Source: Candidatus Hydrogenedentota bacterium (GTDB lineage Bacteria > Hydrogenedentota > Hydrogenedentia > Hydrogenedentales > SLHB01). Taken from it: 64,000 nt of DNA. Both the position numbers and the translations under genes were made by a program. Of this stretch, positions 10,738 through 18,020 are shown one piece after another. The stretch is from assembly GCA_963668025.2 (NCBI GenBank), contig CAXXTH010000017.1, positions 1,248,001 through 1,312,000 of the forward strand, given 5' to 3'. The notes beneath the pieces are model-generated. The model saw nothing but the letters and a program-made list of their open reading frames with translations, made no database searches and was not told the DNA's origin. Within the stretch, counting starts at the first letter, position 1, and each line of letters begins with the position of its first letter.

Positions 10738-12083
10738 CATAAGCGCTAACCTTATATTGCCTCCATCAAACCACGCAACTGTTGCATTCGCTTCCTTGGG
10801 GGCTCTGCCAGATCTCTCGCGATTTCCCGCCACTGGCTGATGCATTCGGATAATCCAAGCGTCGGATTGACCGCTTGGCGAAGGAGGTGCAAGGCGAAAG
10901 AGAGTTCGCGCCACAAGGAGGCCTCGCGGTAGATATCGTCACAGTGGATATCCCCAGGGGGAAAAAAAGCGCCCCTCATCAACAATGGCCTGGGCAAGGC
11001 AGGAGACAAGCATTTTGCCGTGGAGCCAAGCCTTGGCCGACTCCTCGTCTTCCTTTGGCAAGTGTCCCAATCCCATAATCGACTTCATCCGTTTGAAGGC
11101 CAACTCCACCTGCCAGCGCGCCCGGTACAACTCGATAACCTGGTGCGGCGATATTGAATCCGGCAAGGATGTGGCCAGTATGACGTAGCGATGCAGCACA
11201 AGCGTTTCGGGATCCAGACTCCGTTGCTTCTTGCTTAGCTCTTTCTTCGCCCGGCGGATGCTTTGCGCGGCGGCTTCCTCGCTCAAACGCAGCGCACAGA
11301 TCCGTAGCGCCAGCTCCTCCTGCCCCTTTGCCTGGCCAATCAGGGCCCAATCACCCACTTCCCCTACCTCTAGAGACGCCACCAATCCAGCCAGTGGACA
11401 GGTGTTCCCTGCGCCATTCCGAAGACTGAAGGCTTTATTCTTAAGACGCGTCAGAAAGTTCCCGTTATGGCCGAGCACATAACGAAAACCTTTGAGATGC
11501 CCATAAGCACGATCTCCGAGCAATAGGTCGCCAGGCGAGACTCGGAATCGCGCGAAACTCTCTCCAACCTTCGGGCCGGTAATATGAAACTCATCGCATT
11601 GAAGACCGTATAAACATAGGCTGTAGTGAACGCGCCAGTCCGTTCCCGTGCTTCCCGGTTCGCAGACAACGCTCGCATCCACGACGCGAACACGGTAATA
11701 CTCCAGCCATGCAGGCCGAACGCACGGTCCCGCGCGACGTTGAAGTATCTCTACGGCCATCCACCGCAGCCATTCCCCCGAAGCACGCAACCGCTTAAGA
11801 AGTGCCACATCCGACACGGACGCCACATTCCCTTCTCGAGCACGAACGACAGCCTCACGCAGAGAACACCCATCCGCCAAATGGATCAACAGCAAGCGCA
11901 GGAGCGATTCCGTCGACGATATAGAACGAGGCTTGCGGTGCCACGCGCCCAATTCACGAGCCTTGTCCTCCCATCCAGCAGGGAGAAAACGCTGTAAACA
12001 CTGCCAATTCTCATTCCACGCTGCTTCCATGCACCCAGTATAGAAGATTCGTCAGGAGACATCAAATAAGGTTAGCGCTTATG
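10738..12083 (-). mobile_element. IS4-family (IS186-like) insertion sequence, 1346 bp
   Basis: Perfect 18-bp TIR CATAAGCGCTAACCTTAT (10738-10755 / 12066-12083); 11-bp TSD GGGGTCCGGGG (10727-10737 / 12084-12094). Confidence 0.95.
10939..12030 (-). CDS. IS4-family DDE transposase (IS186 InsL-like); possible frameshift extension to 10752
   Basis: SDVALLKRLR, VDAS, GDRAY, YRARWQVELAFKRMKS. Confidence 0.93.
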   Translation of the reverse strand: MEAAWNENWQCLQRFLPAGWEDKARELGAWHRKPRSISSTESLLRLLLIHLADGCSLREAVVRAREGNVASVSDVALLKRLRASGEWLRWMAVEILQRRAGPCVRPAWLEYYRVRVVDASVVCEPGSTGTDWRVHYSLCLYGLQCDEFHITGPKVGESFARFRVSPGDLLLGDRAYGHLKGFRYVLGHNGNFLTRLKNKAFSLRNGAGNTCPLAGLVASLEVGEVGDWALIGQAKGQEELALRICALRLSEEAAAQSIRRAKKELSKKQRSLDPETLVLHRYVILATSLPDSISPHQVIELYRARWQVELAFKRMKSIMGLGHLPKEDEESAKAWLHGKMLVSCLAQAIVDEGRFFSPWGYPL

Positions 12084-12136
12084 GGGGTCCGGGGAGAACC
12101 TTTTTCCAAAAAGGTCCTCCCCGCTGCTTATTCCCC

Positions 12137-13180
12137 TCAGCTCCAATCGCTCCGCACCACCACGCGGGCCTTTTCGTAGATCACCGCGAAGTCCGTCACC
12201 ACTGTCAGGTAGGTGCGATCCCATTGCTGGTTGATCAGCTTGTCGCTCTCCACCAGCAAATCCTGCTCCGTCAGCTTCTGCACGGCATACCGCGCATCCA
12301 AGATCGTTAGCTTGTTCGCAGGCTGCTCCGCCATGGGCACCAGCTTCGCCCCTAGCGGCGTCGGCAGTTCGCCCGACTGCGCGAAATTAAACAGCGTCGC
12401 GTCCTCGAACGGCTCCAGTTGCAACAACGCTTGCACCAGCGCCGCATCCGCCAGCATATGCGTCGGACGAAAGTAATGATCGAGCGCCAGTTTCATGTAG
12501 CCCTTCAAGATGTCCCCATACGCCCATGTCCCCGCCGTGGCCGTGTTGATCGACACCGGAGCCGTATCGCCGCCCGACGAATCCCCCTCCGCCAGCACCG
12601 TGGCCAGCCGTGCATCGAGATTCCGCCCCAGGCGTTCGCCAATGCGTTGGAGATGCACCCGCAGCACTTCCATCGACATGCGGCGGATCACCTCATACGA
12701 CGCGATCACTCCTCGCCCCTTCTTGTCCAGCCGCACCACGCGGTCTCCATATGTGATTTCCGACTCCGGGATTGAAGCCCCTTCCGCCACGTACATCAAT
12801 TCTTCCTGCGCCGCTGATTCCTGCACATACGGCACATCCACCGCCGCGCTTTCCACCGCCTGATCGTTCATGATCAACTGCGGATACATCGGCTTCGACT
12901 TCATCCCCGCCAGCACCGATTCCCGTACCATGTCCGGGAACAGCCATTTCGCGTTCGGGTCTGATTGGAAAAACCGGTCCACCGTGATTTTGTTCACGTC
13001 CACGCCGAACTCCGCCGCGCAGTAGTCCGCCGCATTCGTCCCCAATGCGCGGAAATACTGCCCATGCGATAGCCCCAGCGTGTTCAATGTTTCATACAGC
13101 TCGCGACCCCGGACCTGCCGCAGCCGTTCCGGCTCCTGACCCAAAAACGCCACCCGTTCCTTCATTCGCTCATGCGCCAT
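12137..13180 (-). CDS. Major capsid protein (HK97-like fold)
   Basis: ~347 aa; LFPDMVRESV, YVAEGASIPESEI, LDKKGRGVIASYEVIRR, LGRNLD, LLVESDKLINQQWD; position after the decoration gene. Confidence 0.88.
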   Translation of the reverse strand: MAHERMKERVAFLGQEPERLRQVRGRELYETLNTLGLSHGQYFRALGTNAADYCAAEFGVDVNKITVDRFFQSDPNAKWLFPDMVRESVLAGMKSKPMYPQLIMNDQAVESAAVDVPYVQESAAQEELMYVAEGASIPESEITYGDRVVRLDKKGRGVIASYEVIRRMSMEVLRVHLQRIGERLGRNLDARLATVLAEGDSSGGDTAPVSINTATAGTWAYGDILKGYMKLALDHYFRPTHMLADAALVQALLQLEPFEDATLFNFAQSGELPTPLGAKLVPMAEQPANKLTILDARYAVQKLTEQDLLVESDKLINQQWDRTYLTVVTDFAVIYEKARVVVRSDWS

Positions 13181-13210
13181 CGTTCTCATTCCCCCATCAT
13201 GCAAATGGCT

Positions 13211-13585
13211 TCACAGCAGCACGTGCGCCGCTCCCAAGCCCGATTTCACCACGATTCCTGAACCACTCCCCGAAGCCGGGGCCTTCACCTTGCCCGCCGT
13301 AGCCGATACCGAAATCCCATGTATGCCATCCACTACCGGCGCATTGCCGTCATAGGCGAACACGCAGATCCCCCGCACCCGCACGGGAATCCCCATGCGG
13401 TTCTCCGCCGCGTCCGCCAGCGCTTCGCCGAACACCGGCGCTTCCGCGCCCGCCGTATTGCTCACCGTATACGGCCCCACCAGCGCCACCGCGTCGCCCT
13501 TGCGAATATTCACGTTCCCGGAGGCCGCTGTCTGGCAGGCAATCACCAGCTCCGTCACCGGACCCCCCACATCTCCATACGCCAT
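13211..13585 (-). CDS. Capsid decoration/cement protein (DUF2190-like)
   Basis: 124 aa, IRKGDAVAL, VFGEALADA, IPVRVRG; immediately upstream of the capsid gene. Confidence 0.7.
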   Translation of the reverse strand: MAYGDVGGPVTELVIACQTAASGNVNIRKGDAVALVGPYTVSNTAGAEAPVFGEALADAAENRMGIPVRVRGICVFAYDGNAPVVDGIHGISVSATAGKVKAPASGSGSGIVVKSGLGAAHVLL

Positions 13586-13597
13586 TCCGCGAACTCC

Positions 13598-14284
13598 TCA
13601 CCCTTCCCGGGCAATCGCCAGCGCCACATCGGCGCGTTCTTCCGCATCGAGCGCCTCTGGCTGTGACACCGGTTCCGGCGGGTATTTCTGGTCGAACCGC
13701 ACTTCGAAAGCCCGCAGTTGCCCATGCACCTCATCCAGGCTCAGCCCATCGAGGGCTTTCCGCCAGACCGACTCATCAAATGTGTCTCCGTCCAATTCGC
13801 GCCCCAGCCCGCAGAATCGTTCGATAGCCCGCCGCCGCGCCTCGATGCCATCCCGCACCAGCCGCGCCGCCTGCCCGGACTCCACGCCCGCGGCATCGAG
13901 CGCCGCGCATACCGAACGCACCACGCCCAGCGGCAATCCCGGCTCCCGTTCCACGCATACCACCTGCCGTTCCGCGCCCAGCAGTAAAAACCGCTGCTGT
14001 CCCGGCCGCCCTTCGAGCCAGTAATACGTCCCCGCGTCCACCCGAACGGCGTCCCGGTCGTCATCCAGCCATGCCAGCGGATGCGGACCCTTCGCCTCTG
14101 CCCAACGCTCCTCCTCGAGCCCGCCGCCTTCGATCCGCCAACCCAGCAGGAAGCCGTCCGACTCGAGCCGCAAATCCAAGTGCGGCCCTTCCGCGTCCCG
14201 GTGCCGGTGCAGCACGAAACGCCCTGTGGGCGGCCCTGCCTTCACGCCTTCCGCGCCCGCTTCCCGCGTGATTTTCCAATACAT
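13598..14284 (-). CDS. LigD 3'-phosphoesterase-like domain fused to a scaffold-like helical C-terminus
   Basis: GRFVLHRHRD..GPHLDLRLE.DG.L.GWRI and KGPHPLAWL resemble LigD_N (FVVQxH...HYDFRLE..G...SW); charged helical tail. Confidence 0.55.
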   Translation of the reverse strand: MYWKITREAGAEGVKAGPPTGRFVLHRHRDAEGPHLDLRLESDGFLLGWRIEGGGLEEERWAEAKGPHPLAWLDDDRDAVRVDAGTYYWLEGRPGQQRFLLLGAERQVVCVEREPGLPLGVVRSVCAALDAAGVESGQAARLVRDGIEARRRAIERFCGLGRELDGDTFDESVWRKALDGLSLDEVHGQLRAFEVRFDQKYPPEPVSQPEALDAEERADVALAIAREG

Positions 14285-14296
14285 CCAACGCCTCCC

Positions 14297-14488
14297 TTAC
14301 CGGAGCAACTGCTCCGCCAGCGCCGCCACCACGCACGCCAGATTCGCCACCAGTAACAGCACCCCGCGCGCCAGCGTCGCCTCGAGCCGCCGCACCCGCT
14401 CCTTCAACTCGAGCAGGTCCGCCTCCACATTCCGGAACTGCACCTCATACGCCCGCTCGTACGGGCATGGTTCACAATTCACGCTCAT
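14297..14488 (-). CDS. Small coiled-coil plus TM protein (XhlA/holin-like)
   Basis: 63 aa; CxxC, LLELKERVRRLE coiled coil, hydrophobic C-terminus; GAGGAG RBS. Confidence 0.5.
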   Translation of the reverse strand: MSVNCEPCPYERAYEVQFRNVEADLLELKERVRRLEATLARGVLLLVANLACVVAALAEQLLR

Positions 14489-14496
14489 GGCCCTCC

Positions 14497-15186
14497 TCAC
14501 TCCGCCGCCCAAGCCCGCCGCGTCCATATTTCGAGCGGGCGATGGTAGGCCGCGCGCGCCGCTTCGAGCGCCCGCTCCGCGTTCAATGCAGGCTCACTCG
14601 CCACGAATCGCGTGCCCTGCGACCCTGACGGCACCACCGAGCCTTCGATCACCTCCAGCACGTTCCGCATGATGTAATGGCACGCCGCATCACCATACGA
14701 ACGCCCTGGCACGTGGTCGCAGGTCCGCAGATCTTTCCCGCACACGCTGCACTCCGGCGTCTGGAACGAGAACCCAATCGACGTCTCGCGGTACACTCCG
14801 CCCTCGATGTTCAAGATGAATCCCTCGTTCTCCCGCGTCCGCAGCACATACACATCCGGCCGCACCGATACATGCTTCTCATCCCGGTGCAGCCGCGACC
14901 GGAAAAACGTCCCCCGTGGCAGCGAACCCCGCACGTCATGCCGCTCCATCAGCGGACGCCCCGGCGTCAGTTCGTTGATCTTCACCAGCTCCTCTTCCGG
15001 GAAACGGCTGAAATGGCGGTCCACCTGGTCATGGCACAAGTCCATGGTGAACGCCACAAATTCCTGGCGTTCCAGGGGGCGCAGCGCGAAGCGGTTCACC
15101 TCCGCCAGCGTCCCGTCGTCCGCCGCATCCGCGCGCATCCCCACCAGCACGCCCTCGTGCCGGAAAACGAACGGTTCCAGTTCCAT
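14497..15186 (-). CDS. Prohead (capsid maturation) protease with Cys/His-rich insert
   Basis: LCHDQVDRHFSRF, LMERHD, IEGGVYRETSIGF, CSVCG..CDHVPG..Y...C, EGSVVPSGSQ. Confidence 0.75.
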   Translation of the reverse strand: MELEPFVFRHEGVLVGMRADAADDGTLAEVNRFALRPLERQEFVAFTMDLCHDQVDRHFSRFPEEELVKINELTPGRPLMERHDVRGSLPRGTFFRSRLHRDEKHVSVRPDVYVLRTRENEGFILNIEGGVYRETSIGFSFQTPECSVCGKDLRTCDHVPGRSYGDAACHYIMRNVLEVIEGSVVPSGSQGTRFVASEPALNAERALEAARAAYHRPLEIWTRRAWAAE

Positions 15187-15200
15187 GCATCCCCCTTTGC

Positions 15201-15233
15201 CTTTTGCGCTTTTTGTGCCTCTTGTGGCTAGAA
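15201..15233. repeat. Single arm of the host 9-nt periodic repeat family inside the phage-like operon
   Basis: TTTTGCGCTTTTTGTGCCTCTTGTGGCTA resembles the arm at 17337-17365. Confidence 0.55.
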
Positions 15234-15245
15234 AAACTCGTCCAC

Positions 15246-15926
15246 CTACAGCAGCGTCCAAACATAGCCGCCGCCCACCGCCACCGCGATGGTGGCCGCC
15301 GCATCTGCTACATCCACCTGCGTGTTGTCCCAGTCATCCGCCGCCACAGTCACCACCGCGCCGTCCACTGTCGCCGTCACGCCCGTCACGCCATACGTGG
15401 CGTCATTGATCACCGAAGCCAGCGCCGCCGCATCCGCCGCATTGTCCCCGCTGATCGAATATTTCCGTTCCGAAGGCGTCGTCGCCGTGGCATGCGCTGT
15501 GAACGTCACTCCATTGATTGTCACGGCATCTCCCGCCGCCACCGATGTGAGCGTCAGATACCGCTTTGTGGTCTCCGTTTTCAGATTCCGGCCCGTCCCA
15601 TTGCCCGACGCGGGCGGCTTCACGATCCCCCGGTTCACCGAAGCCGCGACGCCCCGCAGGCCATCCGTGGCCGGCAGCCCGCTCGAGAAGCGGAACTTCG
15701 CCACGCCTGACACCAGCACCGGTATCACTTGCGCGTTCTTGGTGGCCGCCGCCATGGCCTGCCCGAAGACCACGTCCTCCGCCGAGAACTCGTTCGTCAC
15801 ACGGAAAAGCCCCGTCAGCTTCACCGCGTCCCCTTTTGCGATATTCACGCCCCCCGAATTCGGCGTCACCATTGTCAGCACGTGCCAATGCTCCTGCCCG
15901 CCAACACCCTTGCCATACGCCACCAT
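15246..15926 (-). CDS. Second capsid decoration protein (paralog of 13211-13585) with a ~100-aa inserted domain
   Basis: AYG..GG..NIAKGDAVKL..VFGQAMAAA..IPVLVSG..DGLRG..VKPPASGNGTG aligns with the paralog; Ala/Thr/Val-rich insert before the final strand. Confidence 0.7.
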   Translation of the reverse strand: MVAYGKGVGGQEHWHVLTMVTPNSGGVNIAKGDAVKLTGLFRVTNEFSAEDVVFGQAMAAATKNAQVIPVLVSGVAKFRFSSGLPATDGLRGVAASVNRGIVKPPASGNGTGRNLKTETTKRYLTLTSVAAGDAVTINGVTFTAHATATTPSERKYSISGDNAADAAALASVINDATYGVTGVTATVDGAVVTVAADDWDNTQVDVADAAATIAVAVGGGYVWTLL

Positions 15927-15948
15927 GCCTAAATCCCCTTTCTTGTTT

Positions 15949-17193
15949 TCAGCCGATGCCAAGCGTGCGGGCCGCTTCCCCATGGGCCATAAAGCCCTGA
16001 TCCCGCAGCTTCACCGCATTGTCAATCGCCTTGCCCCGCGCCGACGCCTCCTTCAGCGCGTCCACCGTCCGGTTCTGCCGCATATGCACCCGCGCCCGCG
16101 CGCTGCCCCACATCAGCGCCAGCTCGAAGTTGTAGAGCCGCTCCAGAATCCGCTTCACGCTCCGGTTCACCGCCTCCACCTGCCGGTTGATGATCTCGAA
16201 CTGCGCCGTCCCATAGGTCTCCGTAGTCCCGTAGTTGCGACCCAGCAGGATAGGCATCAGGTGCGTTCCTGTGATCACTTGCTCCTCGATGGCCTTGTGG
16301 TTCTCGTAAAACACCAGGCCCTCCTGGCCCCCGCGCACCAGATTCACCTGCACGTTGTCATAGGTCACCAGATTCTGATCCACCTCGAGGCCCGACAGCT
16401 TTTCCCGCAGCCCCGCGAAGCTCCCTTCGACCCGGTTTCGGTATGCCTCCGCCGATTCCCCCCGCTCGCGTGGCTCCGGCGCATACTGCACGTGCAGCTT
16501 AGGCCACCCCGCGTTATGCGCCGCCTTCGCCATGTCCTCCAGCAGCCGCTGCTGGATCTTCACCACGAACGGAATCGACCGTAGCATCGAACGCCCATAC
16601 GGATTCGTCCCGTCCCGGTCCAGGCCCACATACACGAAGCGCTCCTTCGGCAGCCGGACCTCTTCCCCGTTCACCACCTGGTACGGTTGTAAGCCCCCTG
16701 CTTCGCGCTTGAACCGCACCGTCCACACATCCACCGGAACCACGTCGTGGACGGACTCCCGGCTTTTCGACAGCACGATCTCGAGCGCCGCCGCCCCGTA
16801 CGTGAACAGCGACGCATAGAACACATCCAGCAGCCCGTCCATCCCCCGGTCGCCGCCGTTCACCCGCGTATCCAGCTCCCGCAGCAGACGCTCCGCGCGC
16901 CACTTCGCCACATCCGATGAAGGCTCCACGATCTCGATGTCGTAGCCCGTCTGGCATAGCCGCTTCCACGTCCACACCGCATCCGAGATATCCGGGATCG
17001 CATCCCGCAGAAACCGGTACACCGGCAGCATGAAAAACGGCGTCTCATTCGGCAGCCGCACGAACTCATGCGCGCCCATCCCCAGCGCCCGCACATCCTC
17101 CGCCACCGAAACCGCCCGGAATGTCTCCAGCCGCGTCCCCCGGGGCCGACTCTCTTCCTGCTTGCCCATCCAACGCTTCAGCCACTTCGCCAT
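15949..17193 (-). CDS. Phage portal protein
   Basis: ~414 aa; YRFLRDAIPDISDAV, LFTYGAAALEIV, VPVDVWTVRF, NPYGRSMLR, TETYGTAQ. Confidence 0.85.
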   Translation of the reverse strand: MAKWLKRWMGKQEESRPRGTRLETFRAVSVAEDVRALGMGAHEFVRLPNETPFFMLPVYRFLRDAIPDISDAVWTWKRLCQTGYDIEIVEPSSDVAKWRAERLLRELDTRVNGGDRGMDGLLDVFYASLFTYGAAALEIVLSKSRESVHDVVPVDVWTVRFKREAGGLQPYQVVNGEEVRLPKERFVYVGLDRDGTNPYGRSMLRSIPFVVKIQQRLLEDMAKAAHNAGWPKLHVQYAPEPRERGESAEAYRNRVEGSFAGLREKLSGLEVDQNLVTYDNVQVNLVRGGQEGLVFYENHKAIEEQVITGTHLMPILLGRNYGTTETYGTAQFEIINRQVEAVNRSVKRILERLYNFELALMWGSARARVHMRQNRTVDALKEASARGKAIDNAVKLRDQGFMAHGEAARTLGIG

Positions 17194-17260
17194 CGCACCA
17201 CCCCCCGCTCCATATCCATCATTCACCCTTTATGGCCACTCTGTTGCACAAATCCTATCC

Positions 17261-17365
17261 CGTAGCATGGGCGTCCCGCCCATGAAAACGCAGGATTTAT
17301 TACCAGCTAAAAAAGCGCAAGAGATCACAAACATCTTTTTGCGTCTCTTGCGCCTTTTGAGGCCA
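17261..17365. repeat. GTAG REP (GTAGCATGGGCGTCCCGCCCATG) plus 9-nt periodic inverted pair (17305-17331 / 17337-17365)
   Basis: Direct reading of the divergent intergenic region between portal and ruvA. Confidence 0.65.
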
Positions 17366-17376
17366 AATATCCCTTC

Positions 17377-17406
17377 TTGCCCTATCCCCTCCGCACGCGC
17401 TACAAT
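17377..17406 (+). promoter_or_regulatory. Putative sigma70 promoter for ruvA (probably leaderless)
   Basis: TTGCCC-18-TACAAT, ending 7 nt before the ATG; no SD sequence. Confidence 0.5.
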
Positions 17407-17413
17407 CCCCGCC

Positions 17414-18013
17414 ATGTTTGCTTTTCTACGAGGTATCATTGCCCGGAAAGACGCCCAACGTGTCGAGCTCGATGTGAACGGAGTGGGCTACGCCCTCCTC
17501 GTGCCTGAACGCATCACGCATAAACTCTCGATTGATGCGCCCGCGACGCTTCTCACGTACTGCTATATCCGGGAAGACGCTTTTCAGCTCTACGGATTCT
17601 TGCGGGAAGAAGAGCGCGCCCTTTTTAAAACCTTGCTCGGCGTCTCTGGCGTAGGCCCCAAGGCCGCCCTCTCGATTCTCTCGGCCATGTCCGTGCAGGA
17701 GATTGGCCGCGCCATCCTCGAAAATGATGTCAAGGCCTTCACCCGCATCAGCGGCATCGGCACCAAAGGCGCGCAGCGCATCATCCTCGAAATGAAGGCC
17801 AAACTCGGCCAGGACACCGAACTCAGCGTTTTGCTCGGTGAAGCCCCCGAACCTACCGCCGATACAGATGATGTCATCGCTGCGCTATGCGCCCTCGGTT
17901 GTACGCTCCCCGAAGCCCGAAAAGCCGCCGCCCGCGCCCGCCAAGGCCTCCCCGCGGACGCACCCGACGAAGAAGTGGTCAAGGCCGCCCTGCGCTCCCT
18001 CGCCAAAACCTGA
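17414..18013 (+). CDS. ruvA: Holliday junction branch migration protein RuvA
   Basis: MFAFLRG..LDVNGVGY..YIREDAFQLYGF..VSGVGPKAAL..ISGIGTKGAQRIILEMK. Confidence 0.96.
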   Translation: MFAFLRGIIARKDAQRVELDVNGVGYALLVPERITHKLSIDAPATLLTYCYIREDAFQLYGFLREEERALFKTLLGVSGVGPKAALSILSAMSVQEIGRAILENDVKAFTRISGIGTKGAQRIILEMKAKLGQDTELSVLLGEAPEPTADTDDVIAALCALGCTLPEARKAAARARQGLPADAPDEEVVKAALRSLAKT

Positions 18014-18020
18014 CCACTAC

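Larger units (their letters stand above)
6357..17193 (-). other. Phage-derived virion/lysis operon of 13 genes (GTA-like candidate)
   Basis: Co-oriented, closely spaced portal-decoration-protease-scaffold-capsid-adaptor-Dit-hub-fibre-endolysin-holin genes; no terminase, tail tube, TMP, integrase or replication gene recognised. Confidence 0.85.

Noticed and set aside
15289-16584. 431-aa plus-strand ORF
   Set aside because: Antisense shadow of the portal and decoration genes in GC-rich DNA; no protein motifs
6357-17193. Complete inducible prophage
   Set aside because: No integrase, att repeats, repressor, replication, terminase or tail tube/TMP genes recognised, and both flanks are host genes
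6357-17193. Tailocin, eCIS or encapsulin locus
   Set aside because: Tailocins and eCIS need tube/sheath genes and lack heads; encapsulins lack portal, protease, adaptor and baseplate genes
17030-17413. 128-aa N-terminal extension of RuvA in the ORF track
   Set aside because: Overlaps the portal gene and repeats; the RuvA motif begins at ATG 17414
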